Shown here: in pieces, positions 8,412 through 18,963 of the stretch | Layout: the number at the start of each line of letters is the position of its first letter | Position numbering within the stretch: the stretch's first letter is position 1 | Source of the DNA: Deinococcota bacterium | Lineage (GTDB): Bacteria > Deinococcota > Deinococci > Deinococcales > Thermaceae | Reading direction: 5' to 3' | Length of the DNA stretch: 64,000 nt | NCBI GenBank assembly: GCA_041695225.1 | Contig: JBGFRI010000045.1 | Location: forward strand, 1 to 64,000 | Position numbers and translations under genes: made by a program | Notes under the pieces: generated by a model | Database searches by the model: none | Seen by the model: the letters and a program-made list of their open reading frames with translations, nothing else | Told to the model about the DNA's origin: nothing

Positions 8412-11167
8412 AAGTCCGCGTCGCCTCCGCCGGAACTGGCAAGACTGCCAGCCTGGTTTTGCGTTATCTCGAGCTCATCTCCTCGGGTACGCCGCTGCGC
8501 CGCATTGCGGGCGTGACCTTTACCCGCAAAGCCGCCGACGAGCTGAGGGTGCGGGTGGGCCGGGCCATTGAAGAGGTGCTCGATCACGGGCGGCATCTGG
8601 ATTTCGCAGCCCCGGCGCAAACCCTGGAGGCTTTCGCCGAGGCAGCCCGCGAGCTTCCGGGGGCCACTCTGAACACCATCCACGGCTTCATGGCCCAGTG
8701 TCTGCGGCTGGCGGCCCCGCTGCTGCGCCTCGACCCCGACTTTTCCACGCTGGACAGTTGGGAGGCGCAGGCTTTGTTTGAAGAGGAGTGGAAGACCCTA
8801 CGCTACCTGGCGCTCGAACCAGGTCATCGGCTGCACGGACTGGTCTCCGACCAACTTACCGAACCCCTGTTGCACCTGTTTTCCAAGCGCTCGCTGGCCG
8901 AAGCCTTCCAGCCCGCCGAGGGTGAGGCCAATCAGGTTTTGTTGCAGGTCTATCGGGCGGTGCATTCGGCTTACGAAGCCCGGCTGGGGGCCAGTCTGCT
9001 CTCGCCCGCGGAACTCGAGTGCAAGGCCCTGAAGCTCACCCGGCAGCCACAGGCCCTGAGGCGGGTGCTGGAGCGGGTGCGGGTTTTACTGATAGACGAG
9101 TACCAGGACGTAAACCCTCTGCAAGGGGCCTTTTTTGCGGCCCTAAAGCAGGCTGGGCTGTCCGTTGAGATTGTGGGCGACCCCAAGCAGTCCATCTATG
9201 CCTTCCGCAATGCCGATGTGGGAGTTTTCCGCCAGGCCCTGAAAACCGGCCAGCTCCAGCCCCCCCTGGCCCGCACCTACCGCCACAGCCAGACCCTGGT
9301 GCGGTTTCTGAACCGCCTGACCCAGACCCTGGCCCAGAACGGGCTGGGTTTTAGCGCCGACGAAGCCCCCCAGGTTCAGGGTGTGCGGTCTGAGCGGGGG
9401 CGGCTGGAGGTTCACTGGGTAGCAGGAGAACAGACCCTCGACGAGTTGCGGGTGCAGGAGGCCCGGGTGCTGGCCCAGCGGCTCCTGGCGCTGTCGGACC
9501 AGACCAGCTACTCCAAGATAGCGGTGCTGGTGCGCTCGTATGGCAGTGTGGGCTTTCTGGAAGAAGCCTTTGCCCAGGCCGGTATCCCTTATGTGCTGCT
9601 GCAAGGGCGCGGCTATTACGAGCGCCCCGAGGTGCGCGACCTGTACCACGCCCTGCGGGCAGCCCTGGACCCCAGAGGCCTTTCCCTGGCGGCCTGGCTG
9701 CGTAGCCCTTTTGGTCAGGTCGAGCTAAACCCGGGCCAGCTGCGGCCACTGGCGCTATCTGAGGTGGAAGAAGTGTTGCGCTCTAGCGACCCCGAGCAGG
9801 CCCTGGCCCAGAGCTGGCCCAGCCTGTACCGGCGTCTGACCGAGATAAGAGCCAGACTGCGCCTGGCGGCGCCGCTGGAGTTGCTGAAGTTTCTTATTCG
9901 TGCGCCCCTGATGGCCGGCAAAGCCTACCACGACTTTCTGGAAAGCCGGCCGCGGGAAAATGTGGATGCGCTGCTGTTTTACTTTGCCCCCCGCCCACCG
10001 CAGAGCCTCGAGGGCTTGCTGGAGCGGCTTGAGCTACTCTCCCGCCAGGCCGAGGCGGGAGATGTGCCACAGTCGGGCGAGGGGGTGCAGATTTTGACCA
10101 TCCACCGCGCCAAAGGACTGGAATGGCCCCTGGTAGCGGTGTTTGACCTGGGGCGGAAAAATGTGCACCAGACCCAGCCGCTGTATCTACTCGAAGACCT
10201 GAGCCAGGAAGGGCGGCTGGTGCAGCAGGTGGCCCTGTCAGATACCCCGCAGTTTGAGGCTTACAAAGACCAGCAAAAGCTGCGGGAGGAAGAGGAGAGT
10301 TACCGCTTGCTCTACGTGGCGGCCTCGCGGGCCAGGGATACCCTGATCCTGAGCGGCAGCGTGAGTAAAGGGAAGCTCGAGGGCTGGGCCAGGGTACTGG
10401 CCGAGATGAAACTGGGGCCAGGTAGCCCGCAGACTGATCGAAGCGACTATCTGCACAAGACCTGGCCCTACCGAACAGTTGAGCCGGTGCGGGTCTTTAG
10501 CCCTGCCGAGCGGCCAGAAACCTCGGCCTGGCTAAAGACCCGCTTCGAGCCGGAGCCGTTCCCACCGCTGTTTTCGCCATCGGCCTTCAAGCGTCTGGAG
10601 ACCGAACTCCTGCCCCTGCCCGACCCCGAAGAGGGGGAGGAAATTCCCCGGAGGGCGCAGGCCATCGGTACCCTGGTGCACTACGCTATCGGGCAGAACT
10701 GGCAGGAGGGTCGCCCGGAGCAGCTGGCTAACCTCGAAGCCCAGGAGGTCATGTTCCTCTACGACCCAGCCGAGCGCGGGCAGATCATGGACCAGGTGAA
10801 GGTGCTGCTGCAAAGCTACCGACGGCTTTTGGGCCATCTGCTTCCCTGGCCCCGCGACGAAGACTACCCCGAGTTTGCTATGGCTATGCCCATCGGCTCT
10901 ACTGTCTGGCAGGGGGTAATGGACCGCCTGTACCGGGTGGGGCAGCAGTGGTATCTGGAAGACTACAAGACCGACCTCGAGGTGCAGCCCGAACGCTATC
11001 ACTTCCAGCTGGGAGTCTACCTGGCCGCAATCCGCCAGGCCTGGAAGATCGAGCCCGAGGTGCGGCTGGTCTATCTGCGCTACGGCAAGGTGTTAACGCT
11101 CGATTCCTCGGCGCTGGAGGCAGCCGTGGGCGAGATTGACCCCGGCCACCATCAGTCCGCTGTGTAG
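8408..11167 (+). CDS. addA: AddA-like UvrD/SF1 helicase with C-terminal RecB-type nuclease
   Basis: ASAGTGKT, TFTRKAA, IDEYQD, VGDPKQSIYAFR, TIHRAKGLEW, LYVAASRA; nuclease GTLVH..GVMDRL..EDYKT. Confidence 0.9.
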   Translation: MKVRVASAGTGKTASLVLRYLELISSGTPLRRIAGVTFTRKAADELRVRVGRAIEEVLDHGRHLDFAAPAQTLEAFAEAARELPGATLNTIHGFMAQCLRLAAPLLRLDPDFSTLDSWEAQALFEEEWKTLRYLALEPGHRLHGLVSDQLTEPLLHLFSKRSLAEAFQPAEGEANQVLLQVYRAVHSAYEARLGASLLSPAELECKALKLTRQPQALRRVLERVRVLLIDEYQDVNPLQGAFFAALKQAGLSVEIVGDPKQSIYAFRNADVGVFRQALKTGQLQPPLARTYRHSQTLVRFLNRLTQTLAQNGLGFSADEAPQVQGVRSERGRLEVHWVAGEQTLDELRVQEARVLAQRLLALSDQTSYSKIAVLVRSYGSVGFLEEAFAQAGIPYVLLQGRGYYERPEVRDLYHALRAALDPRGLSLAAWLRSPFGQVELNPGQLRPLALSEVEEVLRSSDPEQALAQSWPSLYRRLTEIRARLRLAAPLELLKFLIRAPLMAGKAYHDFLESRPRENVDALLFYFAPRPPQSLEGLLERLELLSRQAEAGDVPQSGEGVQILTIHRAKGLEWPLVAVFDLGRKNVHQTQPLYLLEDLSQEGRLVQQVALSDTPQFEAYKDQQKLREEEESYRLLYVAASRARDTLILSGSVSKGKLEGWARVLAEMKLGPGSPQTDRSDYLHKTWPYRTVEPVRVFSPAERPETSAWLKTRFEPEPFPPLFSPSAFKRLETELLPLPDPEEGEEIPRRAQAIGTLVHYAIGQNWQEGRPEQLANLEAQEVMFLYDPAERGQIMDQVKVLLQSYRRLLGHLLPWPRDEDYPEFAMAMPIGSTVWQGVMDRLYRVGQQWYLEDYKTDLEVQPERYHFQLGVYLAAIRQAWKIEPEVRLVYLRYGKVLTLDSSALEAAVGEIDPGHHQSAV

Positions 11168-11175
11168 AGGTGAGT

Positions 11176-11592
11176 CTACTTATCGGCCTGCCAGGGCTCT
11201 ACTACTACCTGGGTCTCGACCTCGGCGTTGAGAGTGGCCGATACCGAGCAGTACTTGGTATGTGAAAGCTCCACCGCGCGTTTTAAGGCCTCCTCGGTAA
11301 CGTTTGGCCCACTGCCATAGTGGGTAACCACGATGCGGGTAAACCGCTTGGGATGTTCGCTGGCCCTCTCTCCTACCGCCTCTACCCGGTAGCTCGCCAG
11401 TTGCTGGCGCTTCTTCTCCATAATGTCCACCACATCATAGGCAGTGCAGCCTGCCAGAGCAGCCAGCAACAGTTCCATGGGGCGCATTCCGGTGGATGGC
11501 TGGTCGCCATCTACCATTACCCGGTCGCCTTGCTCGTTGATGCCTACAAACCGATGTCCGCCTAAACGGTGTAAAATCACTTTTTTGGTCAT
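11176..11592 (-). CDS. OsmC/YhfA family protein
   Basis: GMRPMELLLAALAGCT ... KYCSVS; start reassigned to MTKKVIL at 11592. Confidence 0.9.
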   Translation of the reverse strand: MTKKVILHRLGGHRFVGINEQGDRVMVDGDQPSTGMRPMELLLAALAGCTAYDVVDIMEKKRQQLASYRVEAVGERASEHPKRFTRIVVTHYGSGPNVTEEALKRAVELSHTKYCSVSATLNAEVETQVVVEPWQADK

Positions 11593-11766
11593 TACAAACC
11601 CCCTAACGTATTCTTTGCAGCAGGCTCCACCTGCTGGCCAACTAAAGCCATCATATCCGATATCCACCGGATGTATTTGTCGCAAGCGGCAGACTACCCC
11701 AGACCAGCGCGGCGATTGTGAGTCCAGCGACATGCGCTGGCCGGCTATAGCGCAGATAATTGGGCC

Positions 11767-12468
11767 ATGCTGACCCTCGAAGGAAAGGTTTTTATTCTGA
11801 CTGGAGGTGGTGGGGCCATTGCCGGGGCCATCGCCAGGTCCTTTACCCAGGCCGGCGCCAGGCTGGCCCTGGTGGATACAAACGAGAGTATCATCACCCA
11901 GCGGGCGCAGGAACTGGGTGGGCGGGCTTTTGTAGCCAACCTGACCCACTACCCCGATGCCGAGATGCTGGTCCGCCAGGTGAAAGCGCAGCTGGGGCGG
12001 ATGGACGGCCTGGTACACACCGTGGGGGGCTTTGCCTACTCGCCCATCAAGGATACCGAGCCCAGCCTCTACGACCGGATGTTCGACCTGAACATGCGGA
12101 CCCTGTTTTACATGACCCGGGCCGTCATTCCCGAGCTGCTGGCCCAAAAAGATGGCTTTATCGCCGGAATTTCGGCAGCCGCAGCCTGGAACGGGGTGGG
12201 GCCGGGCGTGGCGTTGTATGCAGCTGCCAAGGCTGCCGTGGCAACCTACCTGCGTTCGCTGGATGCCGAGCTGGCAGGCTCGGCAGTGCGGGTGGCAATT
12301 GTCTACCCCATGGGCGCGGTGGACACCCCGGCCAACCGCAAGGAGATGCCCGATGCCGACCCGATGGCCTGGGTAGACCCAGCCGAGATTGGCGAAAGCC
12401 TGGTCTTTGCCGCCAGCCGCAGCCCCAGGGGCCGGGTACTGGAGCTGCAAATTTTCCCACCGCGCTAG
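11767..12468 (+). CDS. Short-chain dehydrogenase/reductase
   Basis: TGGGGAIA Rossmann motif, YAAAK catalytic motif, VDTPANR. Confidence 0.9.
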   Translation: MLTLEGKVFILTGGGGAIAGAIARSFTQAGARLALVDTNESIITQRAQELGGRAFVANLTHYPDAEMLVRQVKAQLGRMDGLVHTVGGFAYSPIKDTEPSLYDRMFDLNMRTLFYMTRAVIPELLAQKDGFIAGISAAAAWNGVGPGVALYAAAKAAVATYLRSLDAELAGSAVRVAIVYPMGAVDTPANRKEMPDADPMAWVDPAEIGESLVFAASRSPRGRVLELQIFPPR

Positions 12469-13178
12469 TGGCCGCCCAGGTAGGCTTCCTGGACTTCAGG
12501 GCGGGCGGCCAGCTCCCTGGCCGATCCGCTCATGCTCAGGTGGCCGGTCTGCAGGACATAACCCCGGTGGGCAATCTGCAGAGCCAGGCGGGCGTTCTGC
12601 TCCACCAGCAGGATGGTCTTGCCCTGCCGGTTGAGCTTTTGGATGGTCTCGAAGATAAAGTCTACCAGCACCGGGGCCAGCCCCATCGAAGGCTCGTCCA
12701 TCAGTAGAAGCCTGGGGTCTTGCATCAGGGCCCGCCCAATGGCCAGCATCTGCTGCTCCCCGCCCGAGAGGGTTCCTCCGCGCTGCCCGCGCCGCTCGGC
12801 CAGCCGGGGAAACAGGGTAAAAGCCCGCTCTTTACGTTCTTGTAAGGTTTTGCCATCCCTGATCAAAAAACCCCCCAGCTCGAGGTTCTCCTCCACCGTC
12901 ATGCGGGGGAAGATGCGCCGTCCTTCGGGTACATGCCCGATTCCCAGGCCCACAACCTTGTCGGCCGGGGTCTTGTGGATGGGCTTACCCTGGTAGAAGA
13001 CCTCGCCTTTGCGGGGTCGGTTGAGGCCGCTGATGGTGCGCAGGGTGGTGCTCTTGCCCGCGCCGTTGGCCCCAATCAGGGTGACGATCTCGCCCTCCTC
13101 AACCCTGAGCGCGACTCCCTTAAGGGCATGGATGTGGCCGTAGTAGGTATGGATATCTCGGACTTCAAGTAGCGGCAC
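12465..13178 (-). CDS. livF: Branched-chain amino acid ABC transporter ATPase
   Basis: GANGAGKS, VPEGRRIF, LSGGEQQMLAIGRAL, DEPSMGLAP. Confidence 0.95.
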   Translation of the reverse strand: MPLLEVRDIHTYYGHIHALKGVALRVEEGEIVTLIGANGAGKSTTLRTISGLNRPRKGEVFYQGKPIHKTPADKVVGLGIGHVPEGRRIFPRMTVEENLELGGFLIRDGKTLQERKERAFTLFPRLAERRGQRGGTLSGGEQQMLAIGRALMQDPRLLLMDEPSMGLAPVLVDFIFETIQKLNRQGKTILLVEQNARLALQIAHRGYVLQTGHLSMSGSARELAARPEVQEAYLGGH

Positions 13179-13968
13179 TGGTTACCCCCCCGACCTGCCC
13201 GGCAGCGCCCCTACCCAGATAGGCCTCTATCACCCTGGGGTTGTTACGGATCTCGCCGGGCAGTCCTTCGGCAATCTTCGAGCCGTACTCGAGTACCGCA
13301 ATACGGTCCGAGATGCTCATGACCATAGCCATGTCGTGCTCAATCAAGACGATGGTCAGGCCCAGCTCGTCGCGCAGCTTGCGCACCCGCGCTTTAAGGT
13401 CCTGGGTCTCCTGCTCGTTCATACCCGCCGCAGGCTCGTCCAGAAAAAGCAGGCGGGGCTCTAGGGCCAGGGCCCTTGCGATCTCGAGCCTGCGCTGCTC
13501 GCCATACGAAAGCCCCGAGGCCAGGTCGTCGGCCCGCCTGTCCAGGTTCATATAAACCAGTAGTTCCAGCGCCCGCTCCCTGGCCCTTTTTTCCGACAAA
13601 TGAAAACGCGGGGTGTGAAACAGCACGTCAAAGTAGTTCTGGCGGGTCAGGCTATGGTGGCCGACCAGCACATTCTCCAGCACGGTCATGGCCTTGAACA
13701 GGCGGATGTTTTGAAAGGTACGGCCAATTCCCGTTCGGGCCACCTGGTCGGGCGAGAAACCGGTAATTTCCTGGCCAAAAAATAGCACCTGTCCGGCATC
13801 TGGCTTGTAGATACCAGTCAGCAGGTTAAAGAAGGTGGTCTTGCCCGCGCCATTTGGTCCTATCACCGAGAAAATTTCCCTGGGCTGCACCTGCAGACTC
13901 ACGTTATCAACTGCTACCAGGCCACCAAACTTTTTGGTAGCGTTTTGCGCTAACAGGGCAAGGCTCAT
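13165..13968 (-). CDS. livG: Branched-chain amino acid ABC transporter ATPase
   Basis: GPNGAGKT, RTFQNIRLF, LSYGEQRRLEIARAL, DEPAAG, IEHDM. Confidence 0.95.
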   Translation of the reverse strand: MSLALLAQNATKKFGGLVAVDNVSLQVQPREIFSVIGPNGAGKTTFFNLLTGIYKPDAGQVLFFGQEITGFSPDQVARTGIGRTFQNIRLFKAMTVLENVLVGHHSLTRQNYFDVLFHTPRFHLSEKRARERALELLVYMNLDRRADDLASGLSYGEQRRLEIARALALEPRLLFLDEPAAGMNEQETQDLKARVRKLRDELGLTIVLIEHDMAMVMSISDRIAVLEYGSKIAEGLPGEIRNNPRVIEAYLGRGAAGQVGGVTSAAT

Positions 13969-15398
13969 GCGCCCCTGCCTTCTCTGGCCTCCTGGCGCGC
14001 CTCACGCAGCTCTTCGCGGTGTCGCTTCTCGGGCACCAGGCCCTCGGGCCGAAAGATCATCATGAGTATCAGGATCAGGCCAAAGACCAGCCGCTCATAC
14101 TTGGCGGGGTTGAGCTGCGAGGGCAGGTCTGCCATGTTGTATCCCAGAATAATCACCCCAGTCTGGCGCCAGGTGTTGAGCAGGTCGGAGAAGTCTTTCA
14201 GGATGCCAATGTTGAGTATGGTTACGGCGGCAGCCCCGACCACAGCCCCGCCAATGGAGCCCATTCCCCCCAGGATCACAAAGGCCAGAATCATGATAGA
14301 GGCCTGCAAGGTAAACGACTCCGGGCTGACAAAAGTCTGCTTGGCGGCAAATACCGCGCCCACGATCCCCGAGAAGGCCGCGCCGGTTGCAAAGGCCAGG
14401 AGCTTGGTAGGTAGCAAGGGGATGCCCATGGCCTTGGCGGCGATCTCGTCCTCGCGAATAGCAACCCAGGCCCGGCCAAAGCGCGAGTTGGCCAGCCGGA
14501 CATTGACTAGGATCACCACTCCAATCACCAGCAGAACCAGGAAGTAGAAAAAGAAAGGATAAGCGGTGGCGTCGTCTACGGGGCGGCCGTAGAATCGCTC
14601 CACCCCCAGGGCGCGTAGAATTTCGGTCAGCCAGCCAACCTGGGGCCGATTGACCGGGGTAATGCCCTGCGGGCCGTTGGTGATGTTGAGGGGCTTGTCG
14701 AGGTTGTTGGCCAAGACGCGCACAACCTCACCAAGCCCCAGGGTCACAATAGCCAGATAATCGCCGCGCACCCGCAAGGCTGGCAGTCCGATCAAGACCC
14801 CGGTAATGACCCCGGTGATAATGGCAAAGGCCATGAACAGGTAAAGGTAGTTGCCCGGGAGCCCCGCGGCCGGAAACCCGGCAATAAACTGAGCGGCCTG
14901 CGGCGAGCCAAAAATACCCCAGGTGTAAGCACCAATAGCAAAAAAAGCCGCAAACCCCAGGTCCAAGAGCCCCGCCTGTCCTACCACTACATTGAGACCC
15001 AGGGCCAGGGCGGCAAAAATTCCAATCTGGATACCTAGCTCAAACAAAAAAGAGTTGGAGAGCCCTGCAGTAGGCACGGCGATCAGGAGAATGGCCAGCC
15101 CCAGCGAGATGCGCACCAGCTGGGACAGGTTGGGTAGTAGAAAACTGGCAATTAGAACGGCCAGCAGACCGTAGAAGGCCAGCTTGTCACTGGGGTTGAG
15201 GCGCAGCAAAATGGTAAGGCTAAGGGCCAGCACAGCTAGCAGGCCCGAACGCCAGGGGGTGGGAATTCTGCCCAGGCTTACCAGCGCCACCGAGGCCAGC
15301 ATGGCCAGGTTCACCAGGCCGTTGTGGGGCATTAGCATGGCCCCCAGAATGGATAGCCCGGTAAATGTCAGGATCAAAACCAGGGCCAGCTGGTTCAT
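13965..15398 (-). CDS. livM: Branched-chain amino acid ABC transporter permease
   Basis: GLNVVVGQAGLLDLG, LRVRGDYLAIVTLGLGE, AIREDEIAA. Confidence 0.95.
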   Translation of the reverse strand: MNQLALVLILTFTGLSILGAMLMPHNGLVNLAMLASVALVSLGRIPTPWRSGLLAVLALSLTILLRLNPSDKLAFYGLLAVLIASFLLPNLSQLVRISLGLAILLIAVPTAGLSNSFLFELGIQIGIFAALALGLNVVVGQAGLLDLGFAAFFAIGAYTWGIFGSPQAAQFIAGFPAAGLPGNYLYLFMAFAIITGVITGVLIGLPALRVRGDYLAIVTLGLGEVVRVLANNLDKPLNITNGPQGITPVNRPQVGWLTEILRALGVERFYGRPVDDATAYPFFFYFLVLLVIGVVILVNVRLANSRFGRAWVAIREDEIAAKAMGIPLLPTKLLAFATGAAFSGIVGAVFAAKQTFVSPESFTLQASIMILAFVILGGMGSIGGAVVGAAAVTILNIGILKDFSDLLNTWRQTGVIILGYNMADLPSQLNPAKYERLVFGLILILMMIFRPEGLVPEKRHREELREARQEAREGRGA

Positions 15399-16375
15399 AC
15401 CTTCTCACTAACGTTCTGGCCGAAGATGCCCTGGGGTCGGAACAAGAGGATCAGCACCAGGGTCAAGAAGGCAAACACATCCTTGTACTCGGTGCCGAAA
15501 TTGCCGTTGGTTAGAAAGGGTAAAAAGGTGCCGGACTGGGTCTCGAGCTGCCCCAGAATTAGCCCGCCCACCATGGCCCCGGGAATGTTGCCAATACCCC
15601 CCAGCACCGCCGCAGTAAAGGCTTTCAGACCCGGTAGTACGCCGGAGTAGGGGGTCACGTTGGTATAGAGCAGGCCAAACAACACCCCCGCCACCCCACC
15701 GAGCGCACCCCCAATCAAGAAGGTGCGTGAGATGATGGTATCGGGGTTGATACCCATCAGCGAGGCCGTCTGCATGTCTTGCGAGACGGCCAGAATAGCC
15801 TTGCCCATCCGGGTGCGGTTTACCAGGTAGGTCAGTCCAACCAGCATCAGGATCGAGACTGCGATGATGATAATGCCTTTGACCTGGATGGTGGTCTGCC
15901 AGGGCAGGTTAACTACAGTATTCAGCGCCTCGTAGGTGCGATACTGCATGTTGAACTCGTTGTATCGCAAAGCCGCATAGATCCGGGCCAGGTCTTGCAG
16001 CAAAAACGAGACGCCGATAGCGGTGATCATGGGGACCAGGACACTTTTGCTACCTCGTTTTCGCAAGGGTCGGTAGGCCAGACGTTCGATTACCACTGCC
16101 ATCAGGCCAGCCCCAGCAGCGCCCGCAGCCAGTGCTGCTAGCAGCAACAAGAAGGGGTTGGAAATTACCGGTGCCTGGGGGTCGCCCCAGTAGCGGAAGA
16201 CCTCGAGCCCAATCACCGCCCCAATCATGAAAACCTCGGAATGGGCAAAGTTAATCAGCCCCAGCACTCCATACACCATGGTGTAACCCAGGGCCACCAT
16301 GGCATACACAAAGCCCAGCAAGAGGCCCTCGAGGATGGTCTGGGGCAGAATTAGTAGGAGATCGGCAGCCGTCAA
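15395..16375 (-). CDS. livH: Branched-chain amino acid ABC transporter permease
   Basis: ALGYTMVYGVLGLINFAH, KAFTAAVLGGIG, RPQGIFG. Confidence 0.95.
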   Translation of the reverse strand: MTAADLLLILPQTILEGLLLGFVYAMVALGYTMVYGVLGLINFAHSEVFMIGAVIGLEVFRYWGDPQAPVISNPFLLLLAALAAGAAGAGLMAVVIERLAYRPLRKRGSKSVLVPMITAIGVSFLLQDLARIYAALRYNEFNMQYRTYEALNTVVNLPWQTTIQVKGIIIIAVSILMLVGLTYLVNRTRMGKAILAVSQDMQTASLMGINPDTIISRTFLIGGALGGVAGVLFGLLYTNVTPYSGVLPGLKAFTAAVLGGIGNIPGAMVGGLILGQLETQSGTFLPFLTNGNFGTEYKDVFAFLTLVLILLFRPQGIFGQNVSEKV

Positions 16376-16536
16376 CTAGGTCCTCCTGGCCTGTGGTTTG
16401 TAGAAGCGTGGCGGCAGTCGTTCAGTGGGGTTTTGGCAAAAACCCGGGACGGCGCTAAAGGGGAAGTCACGTTTTTTCTCTACATGGGGTAGAGACTCCC
16501 AGATGGCGGGAGTCTCTGGTGCAAAGCGGTGGCCGT

Positions 16537-17693
16537 TTAGCGAGAAGCTGGCGGGGCAAACTGAATCACCCGCAATACTTCACCGGGGTAACGGGCTTCC
16601 TTCATGCTGATGATGTAGTAGTCGGAAAGCTTGCGGTCGCCCTTGCTGTCGAACTCAATAAGTCCGGTCAGACCGTCCAGCCTGACCTGGCGCACCGCCC
16701 GGGCTACCTGCTCGCGGGTGGGTTTGCGTCCGTTGTTGGCCCGGATGGTGGCCTCGAGGGCAGTGATGACCACGTTGGCTGCGTCGAAGGCATAGACCGC
16801 GTAGGCCTCGGGGTCGCGACCGAACTTGGCTTTGTAGCGCTGGGCGAAGGCTCTGGCTTTGGGCAGAGTGCTGATGGGGCCAGCGGTGGTGGTGAAAAGC
16901 ACGCCCTTGGAGGCTGGGCCAGCTACTTTTACCAGGTCGGAAGCATCGAGGCCGTCGCCGCCCATAAAGGTTGCGGTAATGCCGCGCTCGCGCATCTGCC
17001 GCACCAGCACTCCGCCCTTGTCGTAAATTCCACCGTAGTACACCAGGTCGGGGCGCTGGGCCCTCATCTGCAGAATTAGCGGCTGGAAGTTAGATGCCTC
17101 CTCGGTGCCGACCAGAGCAACCACTGTGGCCCCAAGCTCGCGCGCCCTTGCGGCAAAAGCCTCGGCCAGGCCCTGACCGTAGGGGGTCTTGTCGTGGACA
17201 ACAAACAAGCGGGTTCGCCCGAGCACCCGCACGGCATACTCGGCCCCCACCGGGCCTTGTACATCGTCCCGGCCACAGATGCGGTTAACACTCAGAAGCC
17301 CGCGGTCGGTGATGCGGGGGTTGGTGTTGGCGGGAGAGACCATCACCAGGTTGGTATCCTTGTACACCTCTGAAGCAGCAATAGCCACCCCCGAGTTGAG
17401 ATGCCCAACAATTCCCAGCAGGTCGGGGTCGTTAACGATGCGCCGGGCTACCGCTACCCCAACATCTGGCGTGGCCTGATCGTCTTGAGGGGAAAACTGT
17501 AGCTGGAAACCAAGCTGCTGGAAGCGGGCCTGGGCATCCTCAATGGCCATCTGGGCGCCTTGCTGGATGGCAATCCCCAGGACCGACTGCGGCCCCGACA
17601 GCGGCGAGACCGAGGCAATCTTGATAACGTTGGACTGGGCCGAAGCCACTCCCAAAGCCAATAAACCCAGCACCAGGGCTGCGATTTTTTCAT
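16537..17693 (-). CDS. livK: Branched-chain amino acid ABC substrate-binding protein, apparently frameshifted in an A-run after the start codon
   Basis: Periplasmic-binding body (GHLNSG, RICGRDDVQG, DKTPYGQGLA). The SD-preceded ATG at 17693 is out of frame; one more A would give MKKIAALVLGLLALGVASAQ. Confidence 0.85.
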
Positions 17694-17904
17694 ACCAACT
17701 CCTTCTTAAGAACCGCCGATATAATTTAGCCTGATAGGCTAATGTATACTAAACGCCTTTTGTGGAATTTTGTCAATATGGGGTCCGCAGGTCCTGGGCC
17801 AGACATGGCAGTTTTGTGGTCGGCAACGATCCGCAAAGTGTGGCGTCATCGAGCGGAGGACCATAGGCCGGCCAGGCAGTGCAGGAAAACACCAGAGCAC
17901 TCTG

Positions 17905-18001
17905 GCCGACGAGGTGATCTGGATTGCTCGCGCTCTGAGAGCGCTCGCAATGAAGTCCCCCTATCCCCATCGTGGCCCGGGGCCACAGGCCGACGAAGCA
18001 G
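17905..18001. repeat. REP-like palindromic element (GATCTGGATTGCT..CTCGCAATGA family)
   Basis: Near-identical to 20755-20790; hairpin GCGCTCTGAGAGCGC. Confidence 0.75.
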
Positions 18002-18064
18002 TCCAGAGCAAAGACACACAACCCATTGGCCGTTGCAGCGACCCGGCTGACTTCTGGGTGGAAT

Positions 18065-18922
18065 TCATCGTTTGCGGAAGAGGCCAAACAACCCTTTGCC
18101 CTTGCTAGGTTTGTTCTCTCCAGTGGTCTTGCCTGGTTCCGGTTCGGGCATGTTCCGTGCGATCCGGAGGAAGGCCTGGGGGGTGGCGCGAATTGCTGCA
18201 TCCTTGGTCAGGAGGTTGCGTATAATCCGGTCTAGGTGGGGCGGGAGGTTGGTAGGAGGGGGCATTTTGTGCAGGTGGGCGTAGGTGATTTCCTCGAGAG
18301 TCTCGCCGGTAAAGGGTCGTTTACCCACCAGCAACTCGAAGGCCATAACGCCAAACGAATAGCAGTCCGAGGCTGGGGTGGCTGGCTCACCCCTAAAAAG
18401 CTCTGGGGCCATGTAAAAGGGACTTCCGGCCCGCTCGAGGGGCTTGGGGTTTTCACGGGTCTTGGCCACACCAAAATCGCCTAGCTTGAACAGCAGACCA
18501 TCAATAAAAATGTTGGAGGGTTTGACATCCTGGTGGATGATGCCCCGGTCATGCAGGTAGATGAGGGCTTGGGCAATCTGGGCCAGGCATTCGGTGGCAA
18601 CCTCGAGGCTCAGGGGGCCTTTTTTGAGACTGTCCTCGAGAGTTCCTTCCTCGAAATATTCCAGCGCTAGAAAAGCACCTTCCCCCTCGGGGCGGCCCGA
18701 AAGCCCGCGCACCAGATTGGCGTGATTGAGGGTGAGGGAAAGAGCCACTTCCTGGGCAAAACGTTCTGTAAGGACACGGTCGGTACGCACCTCGCGGCGC
18801 GGCACCTTGAGGGCCACCCTGGTACCGTCGGGGGCATGGGCCAGATACACCTGCGACGACCGCCCCAGACCTAAGAGCATCTGGAGTTTGTAGTTTTGAC
18901 GGGTCAGTCGGCGATAATCCAT
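18065..18922 (-). CDS. Cytoplasmic Hanks-type Ser/Thr protein kinase
   Basis: VALK, HQDVKPSN, LGDFG, YMAPE; no TM segment. Confidence 0.93.
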   Translation of the reverse strand: MDYRRLTRQNYKLQMLLGLGRSSQVYLAHAPDGTRVALKVPRREVRTDRVLTERFAQEVALSLTLNHANLVRGLSGRPEGEGAFLALEYFEEGTLEDSLKKGPLSLEVATECLAQIAQALIYLHDRGIIHQDVKPSNIFIDGLLFKLGDFGVAKTRENPKPLERAGSPFYMAPELFRGEPATPASDCYSFGVMAFELLVGKRPFTGETLEEITYAHLHKMPPPTNLPPHLDRIIRNLLTKDAAIRATPQAFLRIARNMPEPEPGKTTGENKPSKGKGLFGLFRKR

Positions 18923-18963
18923 CAAGATTCCAGTTACCCCGAGCTATTGCAGCACGGAGTAGG

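Noticed and set aside
11593..12450. Long N-terminal extension of the OsmC ORF
   Set aside because: Antisense to the SDR gene; the OsmC domain starts at 11592
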